This document shows, piece after piece, positions 13,061 through 23,986 of a stretch of 64,000 nucleotides of DNA. The stretch spans positions 28,272,001 through 28,336,000 of the forward strand of contig CM069134.1 of NCBI GenBank assembly GCA_035221665.1. Reading direction: 5' to 3'. Position 1 is the first letter of the stretch. Each line of letters starts with the position of its first letter. The translations under genes and the position numbers were made by a program. This DNA comes from Okamejei kenojei (Eukaryota). The notes under the pieces are model-generated. The model had not been told where the DNA came from and did no database searches. It saw only the letters and a program-made list of their open reading frames with translations.

Positions 13061-14478
13061 ACCCAGAGTTTCATTTTGATTAGCATTCAAAGTCTATGTC
13101 TGGGTTGAATGTCGGGAAAGCTAAATACATTACCTCAATTGTCTTTATACTTGACCTCTGCAAAACTTATGTTACTTGTACAGTTCTATTCTATCCCCAA
13201 ACTGGGATTCTAGTTAGCTCATCCCCATAATTGTCTTGTTTGCATCTTCTTTGCCACAAACAGTTTTTTTCTGCCATATTATGATTCAATCACTCTTGTT
13301 CACAGTCCAATCACAGATCACTCCATGCTCACATTGCCTTCCTCAACCAAACCACCTCACGTCCACCACCCCCTCTGCATGCACCATTTTCCCAGCTCCT
13401 CATTGGTTTATAAGCTGTTAATCGCTGCTGTCTTGTATTCCAGTGAAAGATCACAGATATACAAAATTAACTTTGTTTCCTTCTTCACAAATTTTATTTC
13501 CAGCATCTACAGCATTTTACTTTGTTTACTTTCTCAAATCTTTGGCATAAAGGAATATAATGTAGAGATCTATCAGGAATCTTTGCCTTCTCATCCTTTC
13601 CTTTGAATGTATATAGAGTGGTCAATCTGGAAGTTGAAACTTTCCTCTTGCTGTTAACAATCACTCCACAAGAGCTTTATCAACCACAAGAACCTGTGTT
13701 TGTATAGTACCTAGAATGCAATAAAACAACCCATATTTGTCACAGGATTTGACATCCTGCCACATACTGTAATACTGATGCAGGTTTCCAGAAATGGATG
13801 AATGAGTTAAGAGAGGGAAGGAAAAGGCAAGGGTTTGTAGGGAGCGAAACGAAAGATAAGGATTTTAAAATCATCGTGTTGCATAACTGGGAGCTGGTGT
13901 AGGTCGGTGAGTGCAGGTGATGGAACAAATGGGCTTGCTGCAGGTTATGTCACAGGTTGGGGAAATTGAGATTAGCTTATGTTTACAGGGGTATAATGAA
14001 GCACTGGCTGGGAGTGTATTGGATCAGACTGTGCCAGGGAAACACAGGGATTGAACTGCCTCATTTGGGGGAAAGAATGCATTTGATTTTTCACCAGTGG
14101 AGCTTAAATAATATTTATAGAAATCCCTTGATTTTCATTTCCATTAGAATTCTTTTCGATATGGATTTATTACCAGATTTTATGGAAACAACAATGTGAA
14201 AACACAAACCTGAAATCAGAAGACATATTGTCAAGCTTGACCAATATCAAAAAAATATCATTACAGGCTAAAGAGACAAACTGTGCTTTTAGGAAAATAG
14301 AGACCAAATCAGAGTTCAGGCTAACCATAGCCGATTTCTTCTTAAACCATGAAAAGAGAGCGAGGTCAAGAAGAAGAGGTCAGGTAACAGCTTTGCAGCA
14401 TTTGCTTCAGCATTAAAATTATAAACTGTGTAGATAACATATCAAGCCTTCACTAATTTTTATTAAAAAGGGCATTGC

Positions 14479-14602
14479 ATTGTGGGATTATTCTTCTCAA
14501 CTCCATTTTTCATTTCCATTGCAACCAATGTCCAGAAATCAAATCCACCACTTTGATTGTAATGGAAATAAAAAATGGAGTTGATAGGAGGGATCTCACA
14601 AT
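14479..14602. repeat. Imperfect inverted repeat with arms of about 50 bp
   Basis: tcaactccatttttcatttccattgcaa pairs with ttgtaatggaaataaaaaatggagttga; outer attgtgggat pairs with atctcacaat. Confidence 0.75.
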
Positions 14603-17600
14603 ACCAGTTTAATTCACAGCTTTTATGTTACATTAATTATCAAAAAAATACATTCTCAAAAAAAATTACATTGGAGAGCTCCCCTCACATTTTAAACTAA
14701 TTGGGAACTATATTAATTGCTGCTGCCTTGCCTTAATAGATTAGTAATGGTATTGTAATATGGCCAAATATGGTGTGGCACTTCACTTAGAGAAGATTCT
14801 CCAAAGCCCAAAGTTGCAAATTGATGAGGCTAGTGAAGGTAGGTATCAAATTACTTTTGTGGACTGCAAAATAGAACTGCTCTTCCATAGCTCATTACAA
14901 TAAGACCATAAGACATAAGAGCAGGATTAGGCCATTCAGCTAATCGAGTCTGCTCTGCCATTTGATCATGGCTGATGTAATTTTCCATCTCAACCCCATC
15001 TCCTGGCTTCTCCTCAATTTGGGTTGCTGCTGCTCTTTGATCACTGCCTCTTCCCACCCCTGCAACCCAAGGTGGTCTACCTCCCGGAGGGCTGCCTTGA
15101 TTCAACATTGAATCTACCAAACTGCACTAGGATGTTCGGCAAAGCCCAGCAATTAGCCACCGGGATTGAATGAGATTGTCTCAAATGCACAAATGGGTGC
15201 CCATGAATAAATATCCTCACTTCTGCCCAAAATTCAAAATGAACCCCATGCAATATCTTCAACCACTATTTGTACAGCAGAGTCATAGAGTCATAGAGCG
15301 ATAGTGTGGAAACAGGTCCTTCGGCCCAACTTGCCCACACCAGTCACCATGTCCCATCTACACTAGTCCCACCTGCCCACATTTGGTCCATATCCCTCCA
15401 AACCTGTCCTATCCATGCAATACTTACAACGTCTGTTATAAATATAATATATCACAATTGCAAACTAAGAAAACCATGTTACTAGCCAGGGAAGTAGAAA
15501 TGAAGTATATGGCAATCTGTGATGAACTGCGCAGCCTGTGAGAAAGTTAGAGCTAAAAATCAAAGCAAATCTGAAGAAAATTAACACAAGGTGAGGCGGC
15601 AAATGATCTTCCAGCTGGATGAAATGGTTTCTCCTTAGGGAAATAAGGCAGCGAAAGGCAACTCATCGTTAAATGTGCAGGATAAACAGAAAAGCCATGC
15701 AGTAGCAGCAACTCGATGAACCTACATGCTAAAGAAAAGTTTAATTAGTGAAATGGACAATGGATGAGAATGATGTCAATCCATTGGCAGAATGAGCTGT
15801 TATTTACTGACATGAAGTGATTTATGCTCTAGCAATAGACAAGCCCAGAATTGATCACTTTGGTTCATCTGCTGTATGTACTGTACAATCTCCATTAAAT
15901 AACGATCAATGCTATTTTTCCACTGAGTGCCGACAGGTAGATGAACATACTGTGAAAGGATAGATAATGATATTGGAAGTGCAGGAAGGATATGGGCAGA
16001 TCTGTCATTAGTTTTCATTTAACTCCTAAATGTTGCTGCTAAAATAGAGCAATATGTTTTGAAACTGTAGATTGTTGGTGGGGCTGCCAAGGAGATCTTG
16101 GCAAAATGTGGATGGACTGCCTGTGATTATTCAAATCATGGACAACCATCCAAGTGAATGATCCGCAGATGAACAATTAGGGAATGTGCATCTGGAATGT
16201 TCTGATATGAAAGAGAAAACATGAAATGTCGTGTGTGCTTACAAGGTTTTGTTTATAATGCACAGACCTGCAGAACATCACAAACTTTACCCCACAGGGA
16301 ATCTCACAGGAATTTATAAGAACAAGCTTAAACACCCATAAGCATTAATGGAATTAGTTTAGAAATGCAGTGTGGAAACAGGCCCTTTGCCCCACTGAGT
16401 CCACACTGACCTTCGATCACCCATTCACTAGTTCTATGCCCCACGCACTCATGGCAATCTACAGAAGCCAATTAACCTGCAGACCTGCACGTCTTTGGAA
16501 TATGGGAGGAAAACAGAGCATCCAAAGAAACCCATGCAGTCACAGGGAGAACATACAAACGCCTCACAAACAGCACCCGAGGTCAGGATCGAACCTGGGT
16601 CTCTGGCACTGTGCTGCCCCAAATAACCGGATTGCATGTTTCAGCACACCTTCAGTTGACCAGCATGACCTACAAACTCCCTACTCAGATTTTCTTTCAG
16701 GTGGTTTTCTGAAATATTTGACATTTAGTCAATAGAACAGATCTCATCTCATCCTGTTGGTAAGGCAGATGTCTTCTGGATTCTTTGCTACAGGGCCTGG
16801 AGTGAAACTTGAATCCTTGTAACTCAGACAGAGCTGCGAGGGTCCTTGAGGTCAGGGATAGGGGTTGATGAGAAGAGTGGGCATAATCCATTTATAAATT
16901 ACAATAATCCTAAGATATTAATATATGAAATTATTCTGTGGGATGCCAAATTAGAACTAATGGGCTAATACCTCAGGGGAAACAACTTTAACATCTTGAA
17001 TGGTCATACTTTTCTGGTAGAATATCAGTGCGGTGTAATATCAGGACAATGGTGAAATATGGGTCAGGTCCTTCCCAGCTATTTTGGGACTGCAGACTTT
17101 GTCTACCATGTGGGAATGGTTCTCAATGCATTTCTGACTTGCAAACTGTGCAGGTCACAAACAGTTTACAGGAACAGGCCCCTACTGTAATCTGGAGATA
17201 AACAGTACACGTATGTGGACATGACCATTAGTCTTCAATAGCTTGATCAATACATGTGAAACTAGCAAAGAGCAAAACTGATGTGTGCTAAGGACTGCTT
17301 GTTGTCTGGAAATGTATTTTAGGTGTCACCTGCTCAATACTCATACTCATACCTAATTTATTAGCCAAGTATGCGTTGCAACATACTGATGCAATCTATG
17401 CCCATAATTGTCAGCAAGGAAAGATAATAAAGAGTTTTGCCATGGTTATTTTGCAATAAATGGCAGGGGGATATTGAAGAATAGCCATTAGTCATTAGGC
17501 TGGTTAGCACGCTTCAAGGCTTTTCACTGTAGCTAGGTACGTGACAATTAACTAAACTCAAACTCAACTCATTAAAAGGCTTTTGTCTCCAGTTATTAGA

Positions 17601-17923
17601 TTGTTCTGTGGGAAGACTTGAAAAAGTCCAGGACTGAACTAACACATCCTTCTCTACAGTCATTCCATTTCTCCGACAGGATCCATGTTCTCGCTCATCC
17701 CACCGTATCATTCTTTGAGAATGATAAAACAGTAGAAAGAGGCACAACACCAACAAATGTTTTATGCGTTGCCATAGCAATGTCCATTTGAAAGCACCCT
17801 GAAAGCACACCATTGATGTGTGTGTTAACAGAGATGTCATTGTTTTATACCCCAATAATACCAGAAGTAATCAATTCCTTGCAATTACAGCTGCCAAATC
17901 ACTTCCACCGTCACTTCTGAGTG

Positions 17924-18142
17924 TTTAAGAAGGAACTGCAGATGCTGGAAAATCGAAGGTAGACAAAAATGCTGGAGAAACTCAGCGGGTGAGGCAGCAT
18001 CTATGGAGCGAAGGAAATAGGCAACGTTTTGGGTCGAAACCCGGTTTCGGGTCTGAAGAAGGGTATCGACCCGAAGCATTGCCTCTTTCCTCCGCTCCAT
18101 AGATGCTGCCTCACCCGCTGAGTTTCTCCAGCATTTTTGTCT
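17924..18142. mobile_element. Palindromic Penelope-derived short element with 17-bp flanking direct repeat
   Basis: accgtcacttctgagtg at 17907-17923 and 18143-18159; inverted arms of about 80 bp. Related copies near 100-310, 4745-4872, 22515-22600, 25250-25400, 27910-28130, 30285-30595, 31235-31800, 35090-35230, 36065-36280, 37695-37850, 41975-42070, 42325-42445, 42615-42745, 51355-51420. Confidence 0.75.
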
Positions 18143-18352
18143 ACCGTCACTTCTGAGTGGTTCTTTGCCAATTATAAGGAAATAATAAATATTTTGCTGC
18201 TGGTACATTTTCAGGAAATAGAAGTGTTACACAACTACAACATTGATTTGGGGATGCACGTGAATTAAAAAACTCAAGAGTTAAGTCGCGGCACCACCTT
18301 AACAGTGATTGCTTCCCTACTGGTTACTAAAGAATAGCTTTTGTTCACTCAC

Positions 18353-18406
18353 AAGGACTTGAAGCTCAGCCTCCTCAACTTTGGCCACTTTCGATGCTGC
18401 TGTAGC
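18353..18406 (-). CDS. SULF1: SULF1 54-nt cassette exon (R)LQQHRKWPKLRRLSFKS(L), resembling the SULF2 QFQRRKWPEMKRPSSKSL exon
   Basis: Pyrimidine tract plus ttgccag acceptor, GTGAGT donor, 54 nt, phase 2 to 2, no stop in canonical frame, RKWP...KSL motif. Confidence 0.82.
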
Positions 18407-19584
18407 CTGGCAACCAGGTAGCAGGAATAAAAAGAGGCAAAGATCAAACAATTAGATTCTAAGATTACGGTTATCTTGGTACATTATTCATTTTCTCAGT
18501 CTCTACATAAATATATTTATATCTGTTAGATTATCTCAAATAAAATATACCTATTGTAGTGTAATTCTTTGCAGTATATGATAGGATAACAATTAATTTA
18601 TTAAATGCTTTTTATTTCCACCTATTTGCACTTACTTCCTCCAAGTGTCATTGAGTACAAGGACCACATTACTGGAATTTCTAGTTGTCTATTTAATAGT
18701 TTGCCCCCTTATTTTCTCCCCCTTTAGGAGTCCTCTGTGCTACACACAATTTTGGAGCTTAGAGTGCGGGTTAGTTAAGCCGTTTCTGATTCCATACTCT
18801 GGAAACTGGGAGAGGAACACGTGACATGTGGTTGAGTAGTCAATGGAAACGCTTCCTCTCTTCCCCGAGCAGCACCCATCAAGTATTGTGTAGGTACTGC
18901 CGATAGATATTCTGACAAATTCTACGCCACGAGTGGAAGTTTGTGCTTTTATTGGTTAATGCAATTTAGTAAATTCATATTAGAGTTTAGAAGCTATCTG
19001 CCAGATAGAAAGTGAATGTGAAGCTTACCAGTTGCAAAGCAATAAAAGGTTGGAAAAGTAACTTACAAAAGAACCACAAGTCTAATTCATACTCAAAACC
19101 TATCTTCGACATTGGTAAATTTGAACAATAATAATATTCCATCCGGGACCAGGGACAATTGCGTGGTTTCAAACGGAATGGTTTTTAAATGAGTGTAAAG
19201 ACCATAGATTCAGATTTGCTTTGAACATAATTTGTGCTTAAAGTTTGTTAATATTCTCTAGGCAATTTGGTTCCAATATGGGGTACAACATATGAACACG
19301 GTTCAGTTTGCAAGCAATTATGGGACTGTGTTAGTGTGCAAGTGTAAAATATGTGTGCGTGCATTTATATGGGCGTATGTGTTTGAAAGATGTGGAGGGA
19401 ACGGTAGGAATCAGTCCATTTCTCTTCACTCTGAAATTATTTTCACCTTCAAGGAGCAACAACTGAGCTGGGATCACAACGAAAGTGAATTATTAGGACT
19501 CTTGTGGATCCCAAAGAGTAGAGTTGAATAAAAACAGATGGTCTGAAATAAGAATTAGTTGTTATTTGTTAAAGAATGAGCTAT

Positions 19585-19813
19585 CATGCATCAAATAATG
19601 CTGGATGGCACATACAATAAAAGTAGACGAAGCTTCAATGGGCCAGCTCATGCAATTAGACGGAATGAAAGTTGTGGAAGAGAATAAAAAGTATGGATAC
19701 CTGTGCTGATCAAAGCTTCCTCCATCTTTATTTCCTGATTAGGAAAATACAAGAGTAATTTATGTTAATGATTTTAGAACAGTAATATTATTCACATTGT
19801 ATCTGTCCATGCA
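19585..19813 (-). promoter_or_regulatory. Three UGCAUG (Rbfox-type) elements flanking the 34-nt exon
   Basis: catgca on the + strand at 19585-19590, 19649-19654 and 19808-19813. Confidence 0.6.
19701..19734 (-). CDS. SULF1: SULF1 34-nt exon (G)NKDGGSFDQH(R); sets the reading frame, probable cassette
   Basis: cctaatcag acceptor, weak GTATCC donor; matches recalled human GNKDGGSYDLHR. Confidence 0.92.
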
Positions 19814-20275
19814 TTACCTGAGGAAAAATGGAATGTGGTTAAAATAGAAAGGAAAAGTAACCTTTGACATGAGAAATAACCAGGAGAACATGGCTTAGAC
19901 AACCAAACTAAAAGGGAGAACAGCTGCCACCTTGTTTCATTGTAAACTAGATCAGTTTGGAAAGTAAGCTGCTGTATACACTTTATCAGCAGTGAAATCA
20001 TATACAAGATTATGTTGGTAAATTTCAACTTTGAATGAATGTGTAAAAGGGCTGATAGAAAAACGGCAGCTCATATCAATCACTCCTGACCATATTCCCA
20101 GTGGCTTCAATAAAAATAAACATTGGGAAAGCTATAAAATGGGTGAGCAGTTTTCCATTACCAATCTTGCGTGATCAAATGTCAAAATTACCTCCTTGAC
20201 ATCACATGTGTGCCTCATTTTAACATTGCACTGTTTCACTTTCTCATTTTGATTTTGCAATGTTTCACTTTCTTA

Positions 20276-20995
20276 AGGGCCTGTCCCACTGTGGCAACCT
20301 AATTTGCGAGTTTAGACAAGTGCACTCGACTCAAACTCGCAGCGTGGTCGACACGTGGTCCTAGGAGGTCACTGCAATTCTCCTTCATGTTCAAGGAAAG
20401 TTCCTGCATACTCGCGGCCTCAGTTTGGTCGAGGAAAATGTTTTCAGCATGTTGAAACATTTTCGGCAATTAAAAATTGGTCGGCATGGTTCTTTTGAAT
20501 TCGTACTGCAGTGGAGTGGGGTCGCTATGTAGTTATAGGCAGTCGAGGGCAGCCGTATGCAATCTCCTTTACTGACCGGGCATTTTAATTGGCTCATTGG
20601 AGTTTTCAGAACCAAGGAAAACTGACCGGTAATGTTAAATGCCCGCTAAACTTTATTATAAGTTGCTGGCTTCTTAAAAGTGTCTCCATTCCTTCTCCCC
20701 CCCATTCTCCCCCCTTCTCTCTCCTCTCCGTGCTCTCTAAAGGACTTACCATAACTGTGCCAGCCGTCTTTTACCTTCCTGTTCATCGCGGGTGTGAATT
20801 TCAGACAGCGCTCCCCCGCTTTCCCTGGCCCCCGCCTTTGCGATGTGTTTGTACATTTGTGTGTGTGCGGTCGGTCGATCCAGCTCGCGGGGTTTCATCG
20901 CTGACGGTCGATCCAGCTCGAGGTTTTTCAGGTGAGTGCCCTCGAGCTTGAAGGTCGAAGAGTCGCTGGAAAGTCGCGTTAGCGGGACAGGCCCT
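20276..20995. mobile_element. Non-autonomous DNA transposon, PIF/Harbinger-like MITE, 720 bp
   Basis: TIRs AGGGCCTGTCCC...GGGACAGGCCCT; TTA duplicated at 20273-20275 and 20996-20998; CpG-rich interior. Confidence 0.8.
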
Positions 20996-22020
20996 TTAAA
21001 CTTCATATAATTTCCACAAGAGTCATGGAGAGAAACCCATTTCAGCCCACTGATTCCACGTTGATCGTCAATCACCCTTTTACAGTAATACTACATGAAT
21101 CCCATTGTATTTGCTCCCATTTTCATCAAACCCCCACCAACTAAAGTCAGTTTCTATCCTTCGCCTACGCACTTGGGCAAATTTAAAAATATGACACATT
21201 CTTGTTAAAAAGGAGAGCTAAATGAATTTAATGAAATTCTTCATTAAATTAGCAGCCGAAAATACGTTGACCACTTATTTGTTAAAATTAATCTGATTTC
21301 AAGGCTCTGCAATCATTGCAAACTGAACATTGGGATTATTAGTCTGGATTTGCCGGCTGCTTAAGGGCAAAAAACAAAGGCTTTCAGGAAGTTATCCCAA
21401 ATCAAAAGTGTCAATGTCAATCAAAAGCTTTTGTGTTCTTTTAACTGATTTAAAAAAGTGACATTTAGATGACTGCTCCCTTGTGGTTAAATGTCTGTAA
21501 TTATACTTTTCCCACTGTTAATAACCATCAACATTTAGATACTGAGATGTATAGCAAGAATTAAATATTTTTGAAAATGAAAGCAGAAAATGTAATAGTT
21601 TATATCTGACAGGAAAACATAAAGTGGACCAGCGGGTTAAAAAAAACAAGTAATCGTGTGTGTCCAGTTCTGTTCTGTTCTGTCAAGTTCCATATGACAT
21701 TGGCTCTCAAGATAGGATCACCTTTGTCAAAATATAATCTTTATGGGGCTTTTGAATAAAGTGTGCTGCAGTGTTTTAGTCCATTCCAAATATTTCAGAT
21801 TCCCATGAGGATTTTGTCTGATAAGAGTGAGGAAAAACGAGGGGATTAATTAAATTTCACTGATGCAAAGAGACCATTCAGGAAAATTGACATACGAGGA
21901 CAAGACCAGGAATTCATTTAGTTTTATGATTAATTTCACACTGCGAGGAGAAGGCTCGCTGTGAAGGGAGCTTAGAACAAATCAGTGTGCCCTTTATCAT
22001 CTGTGAATTACAAGGGTTAC

Positions 22021-22144
22021 CTGTTTCTGCTCCCTTGGTCCGTGGAGTGCATTGCTTGTGTCCTTGGCAACTTCTTAATTCCATTAGCTGTATGTGCAAC
22101 TGATTAAGTACTTCCCGGTCAACCATGTGTATTGTATTTGTCAG
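22021..22144 (-). CDS. SULF1: SULF1 exon, 124 nt: [41 protein letters not shown], ends in phase 1
   Basis: tttcag acceptor, GTAACC donor; [15 protein letters not shown] motif. Confidence 0.97.
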
Positions 22145-22654
22145 CTGAAACCAGAAAACCAAAACAGAATTCAGTTTCCCTTTTCACCAGGGGCTGCAAG
22201 AATGAGACACGTTACAATATTGTCAAGAATACCATGCCAGAACCAAGGATGGTTGTGTTTATCTTTATGAGAGCGGGGGGGATCTTTATCTCGATGGACA
22301 AATATTGACCGACGGGCAAAATTTGACAGATGAGGAACAAAATCTGTTCCATTATCGCTATAATGAGTTGCCACATGAGCAGGGGTACTTCAGGTGGGTC
22401 ACAGAGCAACAACACCAATTACTTTGAGAGAAAATAATGTAGCCAAAATTCATACCAAATGCATTTGAATACTCAGTAATTATTTGATTTAATTGCAGAA
22501 AACTGACATTTTAGAACCAAAGGTAGACACAAAATGCTGGAGTAACTCAGCGGGTGAGGCAGCATCTCTGGAGAGAAGGAATGGGCGACATTTCGGATAG
22601 CATTGGATAGCATTAGGCATGAGGTATGAGTAACCAAGCATTGCAAGAAAACTG

Positions 22655-23010
22655 GGGGTACACAAAAGGCTGGAGAAACTCAGCGGGTGCAGCAGCATCT
22701 AAGGAGCGAAGGAGATAGGCGACGTTTCGGGTCCAGACCCTTCTTCAGACTGGTCAGGGATCAGGGAAACGAGAGATATAGACGGTAATGAGGAGAGATA
22801 AAGAACAATGAATGAAAGATATGCAAAAAAGTATCGATGATAAAGGGAACAAGCCATTGTAAGCTGTTTGTAGTGTGAAAATGAGAAGCTAGTGCGACTA
22901 GGGTGGGGGAGAGATAGAGAGAGAGGAAATGCCAGGGCCCGAGGGCTGAGGGAGAGGTGGGAAGGGGAAGAGACAGCAAGGGTTAACAGAATTGAGAAAA
23001 TTCAATGTTC
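22655..23010 (-). mobile_element. Penelope-like element 3' end / pseudo-LTR with hammerhead-like core
   Basis: Minus strand reads NIEFSQFC* (Penelope-like ORF end) followed by terminal repeat sequence; highly similar inverted copy at 55822-56203. Confidence 0.65.
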
Positions 23011-23665
23011 AAAGTCAAAAGTCAAAAATCAAAAGAGTTTATTCTCATGTGTCCCTGACAGGACAATGAAATTCTTTCTTTGCATAGCACAACAGAACAT
23101 AGTAGGCATTGACTACAGTTATATACTTAAATATACACATTAATTAATAAATTAATAAAGTGCAAATAACAGATGGAGGGGTATTAATGTTCAGAGTTTT
23201 GTCCGAGCCAGGTTTAATAGCCTGATGGCTGTGGGGAAGTAGCTATTCCTGAACCGGGTCGTTGCAGTTCTCAGGCTCCTGTACCTTCTACCCGAAGGTA
23301 GCAGGGAGATGAGTGTGTGGCCAGGGTGGTGTGGGTCCTTGATGATGCTGCCAGCCTTTTTGAGGCAACGGCTGTGGTAGATCCCCTCGATGGAAGGAAG
23401 GTCATAGCCGATGATGGACTGAGCAGTGTTTACTACTTTTTGTAGTCTTTTCCTCTCTAGGGCACTCAAGTTGCGGAACCAAGCCACGATGCAACCAGTC
23501 AGCAAGCTCTCTACTGTGCACCTGTAGAAGTTCGAGAGAGTCCTCCTTGACAGACCGACTCCCCGTAATCTTCTCAGGAAGTAGAGGCGCTGATGAGCTT
23601 TCTTAATAATTGCATCTGTGTTCTTGGACCAGAAAAGATCTTCACAGATGTGCACGCCCAGGAAT
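23010..23665 (-). mobile_element. Rex1/L2-like LINE 3' fragment
   Basis: ORF 23191..23655 with KKAHQRLYFLRRL, FYRCTVES.LT.CI.AW and LLPSGRRYRS...TTRFRNS.FP.AIRLLN; short (ttttga)n-like tail. Confidence 0.85.
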
Positions 23666-23882
23666 ACACTGTATACATGAATACACTAAGATCATTCATG
23701 TGCTGCACGTATGGATCAGAGCCTAGGCTCTATTGTGGAATGTAATTAGGAATGTAATTTACTCTAACCTTATTCATAGCTAATCCAATTTAAAGCATAT
23801 ATATTGCATTCAAGTGTAAGTTAAAAGACTTGCTACAGTCTGCACAATTTCAAGCTGCAAAATGCAAAAGTTCCGTACCAAT

Positions 23883-23986
23883 GGGGGGGGGGGGGGGGGG
23901 GGGTTGTGGGAGGAAGGTGTCCCCCCTCCATTGGGAGGGGGGACACCTTCCTCCCACAACCCCCCCCCCCCCCCCCCCCCCCCCCC
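23883..23986. repeat. Perfect GC-rich inverted repeat bounded by G21 and C27 homopolymers
   Basis: ttgtgggaggaaggtgtcccccctcc-attg-ggaggggggacaccttcctcccacaa. Confidence 0.9.
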
